From a virus: 64,000 bases of DNA. The stretch lies in IMG/VR virus record IMGVR_UViG_3300045806_000119, positions 6,864 through 70,863 of that record, one strand, 5' to 3'. This document shows, one piece after another, positions 39,571-49,201 of this stretch; position 1 is the first letter of the stretch; each line of letters starts with the position of its first letter. The position numbers and the translations under genes are program-made. The notes beneath the pieces were generated by a model, which was given only the letters and a program-made list of their open reading frames with translations, did no database searches and had not been told where the DNA came from.

Positions 39571-39626
39571 TAGACTAGTGACGGCTTCGTGCACTTGGCC
39601 CAGTCGAAGCGCTGTAGAAATTTCAT
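39570..39626 (-). other. 18-codon mini-ORF MKFLQRFDWAKCTKPSLV (leader-bearing peptide or gene remnant)
   Basis: AAGGTG RBS, ATG at 39626, TAATG coupling to the next gene; near-identical to the start of the 47952-48692 gene. Confidence 0.6.
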
Positions 39627-39634
39627 TGAGCACC

Positions 39635-41200
39635 TTATGGGAGGGTTGGCGTCCAGCCGTTCTGACAGATATCGACTAGGCCGTTTGTACTCGTCAGCAC
39701 GATGTCCTGCGGGTTGTTTGCGAAGTCCATGTTCACCCACGCCGGGGACGTGAACGTCAGCCGTGTGGAGCTGACGATAGTGAGATTCGACACCGGCTTT
39801 CCGCCAACGGTTACGACGAGCCCCACGGTCGGGAAGTTCGTCCCGTTCACGGTCACCGTCGTCCCCCCCTGGATGGTCCCGCTCGTGGGGCTCACAGCCG
39901 TGCCGGACAGCACCCCCGACAAGCCAGTCCCCGTCCGGGCAAAGCGGGCTCGAAGCCCCTTCGTGGTCACCTTCAGCACGCGCGACGGAACGATCTCGCC
40001 GTTCCAATTCACCACGTACACGCGGTAATAGTAGGTCGAGTTCGGCTCCAGAGCTTCCTGCAGCGCGCTCGCAAAGCTCGACCCGGCCCCGTTCGGCAGG
40101 ACGACGCCATCGATGAAGGTGTTGTTAGTGATGTTCGACCCCGCCAGCTCCGCAGCGGTCCAGAAGAAGAAGCCGTCGAAGATGGGAGAAACGCGACTAG
40201 CGGTGGCCCCCAGCACCTGCTTCGAGGTAGACATGCGGCTGAATTGCGTGTTGAGGGGCAACGCGGGGCCGCTCGGCGAGCCGATGATCGCGGACGGGTT
40301 GTTCTGACTCGTCAGACGGCCCGAGATGCTCCGGTCCACCTTCGGCTGCGTGTCCCGCCACACCTCCCAGTACGAGAAGCTCGGCTCGCGGTTCTGGCTC
40401 CAACGCAGCCGCACCAGGACGTCCTCCACATCGTCGTCGGCGGGGTCCATGAGGTCCGGGGGCTGGGGAGGCAGCGCGGCCCTGTACGGGTCCGTGTACC
40501 CCGCCCGAAGGCTCCTCCGCGACATGACGCCGGAGATGACGTCCCCGGCCCCCATCTTCGACTCGTCCGCCTTCGGCACGGGGACGATGCGCTCCTGACG
40601 GCGCATGTCCTTCGAGTATTGGTCCTCCATGTCGCTGGCGAGGCGCACCAACGTGCTCGCATCCGTGTCGAGCCCTCGGCGCTTCGACGCGTCCGAGGCC
40701 AGCGTGCGGAACACCTGCGCCGCCGCCTTCATGATGACGTACGGGTACTCGGGCTTGGGGACGGTCCCGATGGTGGTGTAATTCGGATTATGCAACGAGA
40801 TGGCTTCGAGAAGCAGCTCGTTCAACTCCTCGTCCGCGAACATCCGGTGCTTGAGCGTGTAGCTCCTGCCGTTCGACACGTCCGGGATGCCGTCGACCTG
40901 CATGTCGATAGACGGGTGCCCCGACATAACCCCCGGGTCCGCCGTGATGGCGTAGCCAGTCAGGTTGTCGAGCGCGCTCATCAGCTTCCCGACCGTGTTG
41001 TATCGGGAGTCGCTCAGGTCGTAGCGCACGGGGACCACATACTGTCCCCCTTCGATGGTGACAGTGAAAACGCCGTTAGCGATTTCGAGGTACGCGTTCT
41101 TGCAGTTCGCCGTGACCGTGACGGAGAAGGCAGCAACGGAAGAGCGCTCGTCGGACACACGAGCGCGCAACTTCGAGACGAGGTCGTTCCGTGCTGCCAT
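39635..41200 (-). CDS. Head-tail adaptor-like protein with FnIII and IPT/TIG domains
   Basis: LRARVSD...FADEELNELL adaptor pattern; LEPNSTYYYRV FnIII; VSPTSGTIQGGTTVTVNGTNF TIG. Confidence 0.65.
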   Translation of the reverse strand: MAARNDLVSKLRARVSDERSSVAAFSVTVTANCKNAYLEIANGVFTVTIEGGQYVVPVRYDLSDSRYNTVGKLMSALDNLTGYAITADPGVMSGHPSIDMQVDGIPDVSNGRSYTLKHRMFADEELNELLLEAISLHNPNYTTIGTVPKPEYPYVIMKAAAQVFRTLASDASKRRGLDTDASTLVRLASDMEDQYSKDMRRQERIVPVPKADESKMGAGDVISGVMSRRSLRAGYTDPYRAALPPQPPDLMDPADDDVEDVLVRLRWSQNREPSFSYWEVWRDTQPKVDRSISGRLTSQNNPSAIIGSPSGPALPLNTQFSRMSTSKQVLGATASRVSPIFDGFFFWTAAELAGSNITNNTFIDGVVLPNGAGSSFASALQEALEPNSTYYYRVYVVNWNGEIVPSRVLKVTTKGLRARFARTGTGLSGVLSGTAVSPTSGTIQGGTTVTVNGTNFPTVGLVVTVGGKPVSNLTIVSSTRLTFTSPAWVNMDFANNPQDIVLTSTNGLVDICQNGWTPTLP

Positions 41201-41218
41201 TCTGAGTCACCTTCCTGC

Positions 41219-41617
41219 TCAGCGGTGTGACGTGACGACACGGATGGGGACGACCCACGGGTTCGGACCCTGGGACAGCTCCTCCGCGTGGTTCGGGTCC
41301 ATCATGATCTCCGCCCCCTTCTTGAGCACATACCGCCGACTTCCCATCGTGCAGATGCTCTCGTTCTGGAGACAGGTGACCGGAATGTCCCCTGCGTGCT
41401 TCACGGGCGTCGCGATGGCGGGGGACTTCGGCGAAGCGGCATGGTGAGCGGAGGCGGCCTGCGCCCGCTCCACCATGTCGGCCGCTTCCTTCGCGGCTTT
41501 CTTCGCTTCCTCCTCCTCCTCCATCTGCTTCAGCAAGGCCGCCTCGTCGTCCGCCGGGCTACGGGTCGGACTGACGACGGGTCTACCGGGCTTCGTGGTC
41601 TGCGTGTCGGTTGCCAT
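41219..41617 (-). CDS. Hypothetical head-region protein
   Basis: Gene order after the capsid genes. Confidence 0.55.
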   Translation of the reverse strand: MATDTQTTKPGRPVVSPTRSPADDEAALLKQMEEEEEAKKAAKEAADMVERAQAASAHHAASPKSPAIATPVKHAGDIPVTCLQNESICTMGSRRYVLKKGAEIMMDPNHAEELSQGPNPWVVPIRVVTSHR

Positions 41618-41665
41618 TCGAGCTGTTCCTTTGCTTAGAAAATGAACTATTCAGTTTGACGAGAG

Positions 41666-42040
41666 TTACCCGTTGATGGCCGCAATCGGGGCGTAGGGGA
41701 TCGAGAGGATCGCCCCGGCCGGGATGGCGCCAGACGCCGTGAGGATAGTGACACCCGTCGACACGTTGTGGCTCGTGACCGCAAGCTGCGTAGCCTGCGT
41801 CGAGTAGGTGCTGCCTGCCAGCGTGTAGACAGGCAGCGGCGAGTCGACAGGGAGGAGCCCCGCCGCCTGACCCGGCGGCACAGTGACAGCGAGGGTGTCG
41901 GCCGCCGCCATCGTGGTACCCACGGTGACCTGAACCCACTGGAGATTCGCATCATTGACGCCGCGTCCCGTCGCGACGCCCTGGGCGGTGTAGGCGGTGT
42001 ACGCCTGGAGAAACTTCTTGATGACCTTCTTGAGTCGCAT
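41666..42040 (-). CDS. Putative capsid decoration protein
   Basis: Directly after the major capsid gene; beta-rich; leader MRLKKVIKKFLQAY. Confidence 0.55.
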   Translation of the reverse strand: MRLKKVIKKFLQAYTAYTAQGVATGRGVNDANLQWVQVTVGTTMAAADTLAVTVPPGQAAGLLPVDSPLPVYTLAGSTYSTQATQLAVTSHNVSTGVTILTASGAIPAGAILSIPYAPIAAING

Positions 42041-42074
42041 GGCTGTTAGTCCTTTTTCTTGCTCGGGTTGAAGG

Positions 42075-43058
42075 TCAGGCAGTCTCGATCACGAGACTGT
42101 TCTTCGTCTCCAGGAGGCCCTGGCCCCAGATGGCGTACCAGGCGAGCGCGTGCTCGCGGCCGAAGTCCTGGATGCCGTTGTCGCGCAGCTCGACGGGGAG
42201 CGCGATGGCGTGGCCGTACGCGTACTCCCCGAAGACGACCGCCTGGTAGATGGTCGTGAGGAGGCCGCCCGTGGCGAGCGGGTCGAGCAGCGGGTCGTAA
42301 CCCGGGTCGGCGTAGTCGCCGCTCGGGTCGAGGACGCTGTTCTTGCCGTTCGCCATCATCGACGTGCTGACGAAGCGGAAGTCGTTGAACCGACCGACCT
42401 CGCCGTAGAAGATCGGCATGGCGCCCGCGTAGTGCGCGGCGTTGATCCACCCCGCCGACTTGCGCAGCCCGGTGAGCTGGTGCGGGTGAGCGAAGGCGAC
42501 GTAGAAGTCGTTCCCCCACTTCGGCGCGTTGTTCGTCTCCATCGCCTCGTTCGCGTTCAGCACCTCATTGGTGGTGAACACGTCGCCAGTGGCGAGCGCG
42601 CCGCGCGACGTCTTGTCGTTCGCGTACACCTTCGTCGTGCCGTAGCGCACGACGTCGCGCAGCTCGGTGTCGAGCACGATCGCCATGTCGCGACCGAGCA
42701 TCATCGCCGCCGCCGCGAGGTTGTCGTAGAACGACGTCTGGAGCAGGCGCTCCGTAAGGCCGATCGCGTTGCCCTGCTCGGCGACCGTAATATTGATGGT
42801 GGACATCGCCATCGACTTGGTCTGGAGCCTGACGCCTTCCGTCAGCTGCCCGCCTCGCTTGATGTTGCCGAACTTCGGCATGACGATGTTCGCGCCAGGT
42901 GCTGTCCCCAGCTCCTCCTTGCGCGTGGCGAACTGGTCGAACCGGAGGTTCGGCTGCGCCTGGAAGTAGATTTCCGCGCTGTAGACGTCGCGGGTGGCCG
43001 TGAGCAGGGCAGAGAACCCCGGTCCGGTCGTCTGTGCAGTGGTCAGCACTGAGGGCAT
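42075..43058 (-). CDS. Major capsid protein (N4 gp56-like, HK97 fold)
   Basis: LRFDQFA, LTEG, EQGNAI, YVAFAHPHQ..LR, GEVGRFNDFRFV, DFGREH.LAWY. Confidence 0.9.
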   Translation of the reverse strand: MPSVLTTAQTTGPGFSALLTATRDVYSAEIYFQAQPNLRFDQFATRKEELGTAPGANIVMPKFGNIKRGGQLTEGVRLQTKSMAMSTINITVAEQGNAIGLTERLLQTSFYDNLAAAAMMLGRDMAIVLDTELRDVVRYGTTKVYANDKTSRGALATGDVFTTNEVLNANEAMETNNAPKWGNDFYVAFAHPHQLTGLRKSAGWINAAHYAGAMPIFYGEVGRFNDFRFVSTSMMANGKNSVLDPSGDYADPGYDPLLDPLATGGLLTTIYQAVVFGEYAYGHAIALPVELRDNGIQDFGREHALAWYAIWGQGLLETKNSLVIETA

Positions 43059-43119
43059 CGCTTTTTCCTCTTCTCTCGATTGTTGGGTTGGTTGGCCTAC
43101 CGCTCAGTGGTTGAGACGG

Positions 43120-44190
43120 TCATTGTCCCCCTGCCCTACGACCGGACAGGGATGCTTCTGCTGCTGCCCGAGCGGCGGCCATGTCGGCTTGGCTCGGCTG
43201 TCCCGTGGCCTGGTACTGCCCCGGGGCTACCTCCTGCTGAAAGTGGGCTGGCTGTGGAGCCCGACCAGGAAATCCTGCTGATGGAACGCCGCGTGTTGGT
43301 GCCTGCGCAGGAGCACCCTGCGGCGACATCTGCGGAGCCGAGACGCCAGCGAACGGATTCGCCGAGGCCACAGCCGGCCCACGCGACTGCGACGGGGGGA
43401 CGAGGCCGGGTAGGCTCTGCCCGGACAGGGAAAACTGCCCCGGCGGTCCCTGCATCCCCGAACGAAGCGCGGCGTGCAGGGCCTGGCGGTTCTTCGCGTA
43501 GTCACCGTTCCGAATCGCGTCGGAGCTGGTGAAGTACGCGAGCTGCTCCTGCGAAATCGCGTTAGGACCCGTGTCAGCGACGCCGGGAGCCGATACGAAG
43601 CCGGGAAGGCTCGGCGCCGGGGGCGCAACCTGCGTCGAAGTCACGGTCCCCTGCGGGACAGCCGGAGGAGGCGCTTCGACCGGAGCTGCAGCAGCAGGAA
43701 CGGCGGGGGGCGGCGGAGGCGGGGGGTTCTTCTCCGCGAACTGCCGATGCAGCTGCTCGTACTCCGCCGTGGCAATGAGAATGCTCTGGTCGATCTCCGC
43801 CGTCGTGTTACCCCGCACGATTGCGTCAATGAGGTTCTTGCCGTTGGCCCGAACCGCGTTGATCGCCTGCGCCTGGTACGTGTCAAGGCGCATGCGCTCC
43901 AGCTGCAGGGTCAGGCGCGCGTTATCCGCCTGCACCTGCGTGATGGCCGCCGCCTGCTCGGGGGAGAGCGCGGGAGCGACAACGGTGATGGGGGCCGCCG
44001 GCGCCGGTGCGGACGGCGCGGGAGCCTGCTGTGCAGCCAGCACCCTCGCCAGCTCGTACACCATCCCCGCGGGGACGGTGGACGAGGGGGAGTAGGGGGT
44101 CGGCTGTGCTGCGGGTGGAGAAGGCGTCTGGCCCTCCGCACCTTCGGGATCGAATCTCTTGAGGAAGCGAAACATGTTAGTCGAGTTCAT
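43120..44190 (-). CDS. Capsid scaffolding protein
   Basis: Upstream of the capsid gene; Pro/Ala-rich with coiled coil; leader MFRFLKRF. Confidence 0.7.
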   Translation of the reverse strand: MNSTNMFRFLKRFDPEGAEGQTPSPPAAQPTPYSPSSTVPAGMVYELARVLAAQQAPAPSAPAPAAPITVVAPALSPEQAAAITQVQADNARLTLQLERMRLDTYQAQAINAVRANGKNLIDAIVRGNTTAEIDQSILIATAEYEQLHRQFAEKNPPPPPPPAVPAAAAPVEAPPPAVPQGTVTSTQVAPPAPSLPGFVSAPGVADTGPNAISQEQLAYFTSSDAIRNGDYAKNRQALHAALRSGMQGPPGQFSLSGQSLPGLVPPSQSRGPAVASANPFAGVSAPQMSPQGAPAQAPTRGVPSAGFPGRAPQPAHFQQEVAPGQYQATGQPSQADMAAARAAAEASLSGRRAGGQ

Positions 44191-44223
44191 TTGAGCAGAT
44201 TTCCTTTCTTCACCCGCAGTTGT

Positions 44224-44478
44224 TCAGATCCGGCCCGTCTTGCGAACGGACTGGTCGGGGACCGGGAGCATCCCCGTGTTGGCGCTCGGGTGCATCGGCC
44301 CCCCGTTGCGGTTGAGGCTCTGGTTCGGCCACTCCCTGATCGCCGTGCGATGCACGGCCGAGGGACCCATCTTTTCGCCGAGCGACTGCTCGCCCTGCGC
44401 GACATCGGCGGTGCCGTTCCCGGTCCGCGTGATGTCCTTCTCCTTGGTTGCTGCACGCGAGTGAATCTCTCCGGCCAT
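44224..44478 (-). CDS. Hypothetical protein
   Basis: Start MAGEIH after GAGG. Confidence 0.5.
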   Translation of the reverse strand: MAGEIHSRAATKEKDITRTGNGTADVAQGEQSLGEKMGPSAVHRTAIREWPNQSLNRNGGPMHPSANTGMLPVPDQSVRKTGRI

Positions 44479-44553
44479 GTGGAACCTCTTCTGGTTGGTT
44501 GTTGTAGGAAAAACGGTAGCTGGGTTGCTAAACCTCGGCAACCAGTGGTGCTT

Positions 44554-44967
44554 TCACTGCGAAATCCAGAACGCGACGAGCCCTGCCGGCGTGTTAGCGG
44601 AGGCCGTCACCTGCACGTAGTACGTGAGGTACGCCCCGCCGATTTCCTGGACAACGGCATTGCCCTCGGTGACGACGAGTCCCGCCTTCACGCACACCCA
44701 CGTAGGGCTGCTCGGGTTCGACCAGTCGAGAATCCAGATGTTGACGGTCGCCGTCGATGTCCCGCCCGCCGTGTTCTTCATGGCGAACATGAGCGCGCCC
44801 TTGATCGGGAAGTACCAGTCCGGCGAAGTGGCTGGCGCCCCCTCGACCATCCCCGCCGTGCCGCCTGCCGGCAGCACTCCCGGCGGGAACGCCGGCAGGA
44901 GGGTGTTCGGGTTGGCGTCGACTGAGAAGTTCGTGCGCTGGAAGACGCTGCTGCGCTGCATACCCAT
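44554..44967 (-). CDS. Putative virion protein
   Basis: TAATG-coupled to the portal gene; beta-rich. Confidence 0.55.
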   Translation of the reverse strand: MGMQRSSVFQRTNFSVDANPNTLLPAFPPGVLPAGGTAGMVEGAPATSPDWYFPIKGALMFAMKNTAGGTSTATVNIWILDWSNPSSPTWVCVKAGLVVTEGNAVVQEIGGAYLTYYVQVTASANTPAGLVAFWISQ

Positions 44968-47222
44968 TAGACCTTGACTCCTGGCTTGGCGTTGGGCGGC
45001 GTAGCGGGCTTGCTTGCCGCGTTGTCTCCGGGCACGGCCTTGTTCCCTCGACCAGGTCCCGGCCCTGGGGGCGGCGGCGCTCCGTTGTTGCTCCCGCCCG
45101 GCCCGGAGCCGGTGGCCCCCGGCGTCTGCGCAACCTGCGCCGCGAGCGGGTCCTCGATGGGCTTCCCGGTGAGCGCGGCGAGGAAGGGAATGTCATTAGC
45201 AATTTCCTCGTCCAGCTTCGGACCGTCCATCTCCTCATCGAGATGATCCCGAATCCAACGCCGGCTCGACCAGCCATTCGTCTGGTACACCGCGTACAGA
45301 TTCGCGTCCTCCTGCTTGTTCCGAGGGAGGGGGGTGCGCAGGGAGCAAGTCGTGCTGTACGGACTCAGGTATACCGGACGGCTGCAGCCGGACGGGACGA
45401 TCTTCAGCTCGCCAAGGTCCTCCGTCACGAACTGCTTCGCGTTGGCGTCCCACGTCTTCACGATGACGCGCACCGTCTCCGGCTCCTCCGGGACGTCCAT
45501 ATCGTGATTAGCTAGCTGCTCAGGCTTCACCTCGGGTGCCTTGTCCAGCTCCTTCGGCAGCGGACCCGCTCTGGGCTGTGGCGGCGGGGGCAGGACATCT
45601 TTCGGCGCAGGCTTGCTGGCTTCCGCTACGGCGTGCTCGTGCTCGTCTGCCGCCTGCTGCTCACCCGCGTGGTGGGCCTGCACGGCACGAGCACGGTCGT
45701 GGTCATCCTGCGCCTTCTCCTCCAGGTCCACCTTCGGTGCCGGGTCCCAGTAGCTCGCCGACTCCTTGAGGAACGTCTCCTTCACGTCCCCGTACTTCAT
45801 CTCCTTCGTCTCGACGCCGAACGAGAACTTCCGACGCCACTTCACGAGGACGTCGTCGGGGTCCATGAAGTCGAGCGTCTGCGGGTCGATGAGGTAGCAC
45901 TTCTTCTTTTTCCTCCCCTTCCGCAGCGGGATGACGTTCCCCTTCGGCGAGTCTTCAACCTCGATGATTCGCCCGCCGCAATTCTTGCAGATGTCGACGG
46001 GGTAGCTCGTCCCGTTCACCAGCTGGTCGAAGCGGAGAATAAAATAGTTGATTTTCTCCACCGCAAGCTGGAACGACGCCTTCTTCCGCTCGATTGCCTC
46101 GACGAGCGGCTGAAACTGCACCTGCAGTGCGGCGGCGCTCGTGTTGCTCACGGGCTGTATCCGCCCCAGCGACCCCTCCGGGATGCTCGACACGTCCATC
46201 ATCATCTGACGGATCGTCTCGATGTACTTCGTCGAAGCCGGCAGGTCGGAGCCCAGCGTCAGGTTGAACACCTTCGCGTCCGCGGGCAGCCCGGCCCACA
46301 TGCTCTTCGGCCCGCGCTCCAGGTTCTTCGCCTTCGCACCCGTGATGATGGTCACGGGCGCCGCGTGGTAGTTCACAATGTCACTAACATCGGTCATCTT
46401 CTCGTTCAGCTCGCGCTGAAGGTCGATGACTCCGTCGAGGTCCGACATCCCGTAATACTCATTAGGGAACGATTCGTTCACCCAGTGAACGAGTGGAATC
46501 TCCCCAAGGTCGTTCGGTCGACGCGTCGGCGCCCCGTCCTCTTCCCACCCCTCCACGATCTCCGTGGCCGTGATGTTCTCGATGTAGCGACGGCGACGCG
46601 ACACGCCGAGCGACCCCTGCACCATCGGCGTGCGGCGGCCGTCCTCTGGCCCGACAGGGCCGAAGTCCGGCACCTCCGTGATGATGCGAACAGAGAGCAG
46701 CTCCTCTGAGTTCAGCGGGTTCCAGTACGGGAACACCTGGTGCGAGCCCAGCAGACGCAGGCGGATCTTGCCCTGCGTGTACGGGTTCACCGCCATCATC
46801 GCGTCGCTCGGCGGCTGGTACGTCACGAGGATGAACCCGTCCCCCGTCACGCCGCTCGTCACGGCCATGTTGTTCAGCAGGACAGGCTCGGCGTTGTACT
46901 TCCACACCTCGTCGATCTTCGGCTTCGTGATCTCCTGCAACGCCTCGGGGACGGAGTTCACCATCCCCTTGCCCACCAGCCAGCTCGCCTTCTTGTGGAC
47001 GATGGTCTTGCAGTAGTTCGCGGTGACGAGCGGCTCGCCGTCCTCCCGCGTGAAGCTCCAGTGCAGCCCCTGGAAGAAACGCCACGACTCCTCGTACCGC
47101 TTCAGGCGCATCGCGTCCTGCGGGTTGAGGGCGATGCTGTTCAGCGTGTACGGAGCGTTCCTCCGCTCGTACGGAACGGCCGACCCTCCATTCCCCTGCA
47201 GTGCGAGTAGCTGGACGGGCAC
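44967..47222 (-). CDS. Portal protein (SPP1 gp6-like) with large insertion
   Basis: NYCKTIV, GVTGDG, LGEIPLVHW.N, G.SDL..VIDLQ, SNTSAAAL, PLPRN. Confidence 0.88.
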   Translation of the reverse strand: MPVQLLALQGNGGSAVPYERRNAPYTLNSIALNPQDAMRLKRYEESWRFFQGLHWSFTREDGEPLVTANYCKTIVHKKASWLVGKGMVNSVPEALQEITKPKIDEVWKYNAEPVLLNNMAVTSGVTGDGFILVTYQPPSDAMMAVNPYTQGKIRLRLLGSHQVFPYWNPLNSEELLSVRIITEVPDFGPVGPEDGRRTPMVQGSLGVSRRRRYIENITATEIVEGWEEDGAPTRRPNDLGEIPLVHWVNESFPNEYYGMSDLDGVIDLQRELNEKMTDVSDIVNYHAAPVTIITGAKAKNLERGPKSMWAGLPADAKVFNLTLGSDLPASTKYIETIRQMMMDVSSIPEGSLGRIQPVSNTSAAALQVQFQPLVEAIERKKASFQLAVEKINYFILRFDQLVNGTSYPVDICKNCGGRIIEVEDSPKGNVIPLRKGRKKKKCYLIDPQTLDFMDPDDVLVKWRRKFSFGVETKEMKYGDVKETFLKESASYWDPAPKVDLEEKAQDDHDRARAVQAHHAGEQQAADEHEHAVAEASKPAPKDVLPPPPQPRAGPLPKELDKAPEVKPEQLANHDMDVPEEPETVRVIVKTWDANAKQFVTEDLGELKIVPSGCSRPVYLSPYSTTCSLRTPLPRNKQEDANLYAVYQTNGWSSRRWIRDHLDEEMDGPKLDEEIANDIPFLAALTGKPIEDPLAAQVAQTPGATGSGPGGSNNGAPPPPGPGPGRGNKAVPGDNAASKPATPPNAKPGVKV

Positions 47223-47225
47223 GGG

Positions 47226-47432
47226 CTACTTGCTCCTGGGGAGGCCGCCGGGAAGGCGCAGGTACCGCGACTCGGTTCCGAGCCCGAAGTCCATCTGACG
47301 CAGGGCCTTCGTCGGGTTCACGGCGGCGGGCGGCGCGGCAGCGTGCGCGGGACAGAACTCAACGCCCTCCGCCGCCGGCATGGGGCATTGGAACGCGTGG
47401 CACTTGGGGGGCGAGGTAAGTGTATCAGTCAT
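47226..47432 (-). CDS. Small zinc-binding-like protein
   Basis: C-x4-C...FCPAH; GGAGG RBS. Confidence 0.5.
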   Translation of the reverse strand: MTDTLTSPPKCHAFQCPMPAAEGVEFCPAHAAAPPAAVNPTKALRQMDFGLGTESRYLRLPGGLPRSK

Positions 47433-47949
47433 TTTTCCCTCCTGACTCTGGTCCAACAGCGATGATGCCGTCTCCGTCGATGACGACCTGGTGCAGCCGG
47501 CCTCCCGCGTAGCGGGCGCTCCGGTCACGCTTCTTTGCTTCCTCGGCGAACGTGAAGTGCATACCACGCTCAAGCGGCACGGGTCTGTCGTAGGTCTTGT
47601 CGTTCGCCCGCCCCGGCGCATACCGCAGCTCCGCCTTCGCGTGCAGCGTCTCATACAGGGCCGGAATCTTGTCCCGGAGCAGCACCTTCCGCTCTCTCCG
47701 CTTCTCCGCCGGCTTGACGAAGTCGGGCTGGAAATACGGATTAGAACTGGCCTGCTCCAGGACGTGACCCGTCTCGCTCTTCGATGCCCCAGCCCTTCGA
47801 CATTCCAGGATGAGGATGTGCCGGGCCACCCGTGTCTCCAACCACGCTCGCACGCGGTTGAGCACGTTCAGCCAGACACCCCGAACGCCGAAGCCCACGC
47901 GGTAATCGCGAGGGTCGACGAGCCGGTCGAAAAAGCGAGTAGTGAGCAT
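47425..47949 (-). CDS. Hypothetical basic protein
   Basis: Coupled ORF between head genes. Confidence 0.55.
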   Translation of the reverse strand: MLTTRFFDRLVDPRDYRVGFGVRGVWLNVLNRVRAWLETRVARHILILECRRAGASKSETGHVLEQASSNPYFQPDFVKPAEKRRERKVLLRDKIPALYETLHAKAELRYAPGRANDKTYDRPVPLERGMHFTFAEEAKKRDRSARYAGGRLHQVVIDGDGIIAVGPESGGKND

Positions 47950-47951
47950 TA

Positions 47952-48692
47952 CTAGCGCTTCGGCGTGTTGCCGCGCGGGTAACGACCCGCAGCGCCCTGC
48001 GGCTTGTAGGTGGCCGCAGAGGGGGTGCCGTTGTCCTTGGGGCCGCCGCTGCCCCTCTTCGACGAGGACCCGATGCCAACCCTCTGCGCTGTGTCGTCCA
48101 TCGCCTTCTTGCTCGGCTTCGCGCTGCCGTGCGTTCCATCGCCGCCAGCGAGGTACTCATGAGCGAAGTTCCGCGTCGCGCCCTTGAAGTGCTCGCTCTC
48201 GCCCAGCTGCTTCATCGCCCGCTCGGTCATCTCCTTCTTGTCGACCGGCTTGCCGATGCTCTTGATGATTTTCTCCTGCTCCGTGGAGTGATACTCCGAC
48301 TTGCCCTCGTGTATGCGTGCGGACCCCTGGTGGGAAAACACGCTCTTCCGATGCGCCTCGGCCAGCGCGGCGTGGTTGGCGGCGTCGACGGTGTTCCCCG
48401 CAGTCGTAGCCATGCGAGATGCAGTGGCGTGCGCCACCTGCGCGTCCCTGTGCGCCTGCTGCGCGTTCCTGTGCGCCCAGGCACCGCCTACCCGATTCGC
48501 GTTTCCCGTGCTGTCGTGCGCCTTCTGGCTGGTGTACGACGCGTGGCTCGAAGCTTCGAGGTACTTCTTGTACCCCTCCGTCGCCGACTGGCGAGACGGG
48601 TGGCCGAAGGCGGACTTCGCCCCCTCCCCGGTCTTCCCGGTCTTGCGCGCGGCGTCGTACTTCTCCCAGTTGAATCGCTGTAGGAATTTCAT
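47952..48692 (-). CDS. His/Ala/Lys-rich protein, candidate internal head protein
   Basis: Start MKFLQRF at 48692 after GGAG; repeated AHxxA helices. Confidence 0.6.
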   Translation of the reverse strand: MKFLQRFNWEKYDAARKTGKTGEGAKSAFGHPSRQSATEGYKKYLEASSHASYTSQKAHDSTGNANRVGGAWAHRNAQQAHRDAQVAHATASRMATTAGNTVDAANHAALAEAHRKSVFSHQGSARIHEGKSEYHSTEQEKIIKSIGKPVDKKEMTERAMKQLGESEHFKGATRNFAHEYLAGGDGTHGSAKPSKKAMDDTAQRVGIGSSSKRGSGGPKDNGTPSAATYKPQGAAGRYPRGNTPKR

Positions 48693-48709
48693 TGATTGGC
48701 TCCGATGGT

Positions 48710-49201
48710 TCAGGGTCGAACGAGGCACCACCGGATAGTCGACGTTTCCGTCCCCGATGTGCTGGTAATGGTGAACTGCGTGTTGCTCACGCGGGTACAC
48801 GAAATGACGCCAGTCGTGCCACCCGCCGCCTGCACGGTCGCGTACAGCGTCGTGCCGACAGGGACGGGGAGCCCGCCATCCGTAGGCGCCGGCACGGTGA
48901 CCGTGGTGCTACCGGCAACGAGCGTCGCCGTTCCCTGCGCTCCGTCGATGTTCTGCGCCCCGCTCGTCGCGACAGAAAGCATCTGAGGGGTGACCTGCTG
49001 GTCAACCGCCGAGCCCCCTCCGCTGTTGAGGTTCATCAGGTTCGCGTACACAGACTGCCCGTTGCTGAAGCTATGGATGAGCAGCTTGAAGTCCTGATCC
49101 TTGATGACCACCCCGCTGAGCCCGAGGCTCGTCAGCACCGACTGAATCAGGCTGACGATGCTCGGGTGCGTCTTCGCGTTCGTGACTACCGTGGTGGTCA
49201 T
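48710..49201 (-). CDS. Putative virion protein
   Basis: Thr-rich beta C-terminus (GTATLVAG...FTITSTSG). Confidence 0.55.
   Translation of the reverse strand: MTTTVVTNAKTHPSIVSLIQSVLTSLGLSGVVIKDQDFKLLIHSFSNGQSVYANLMNLNSGGGSAVDQQVTPQMLSVATSGAQNIDGAQGTATLVAGSTTVTVPAPTDGGLPVPVGTTLYATVQAAGGTTGVISCTRVSNTQFTITSTSGTETSTIRWCLVRP

Noticed and set aside
45360-46010. Intein in the portal
   Set aside because: No His-Asn C-terminal splice junction or Hint motifs.
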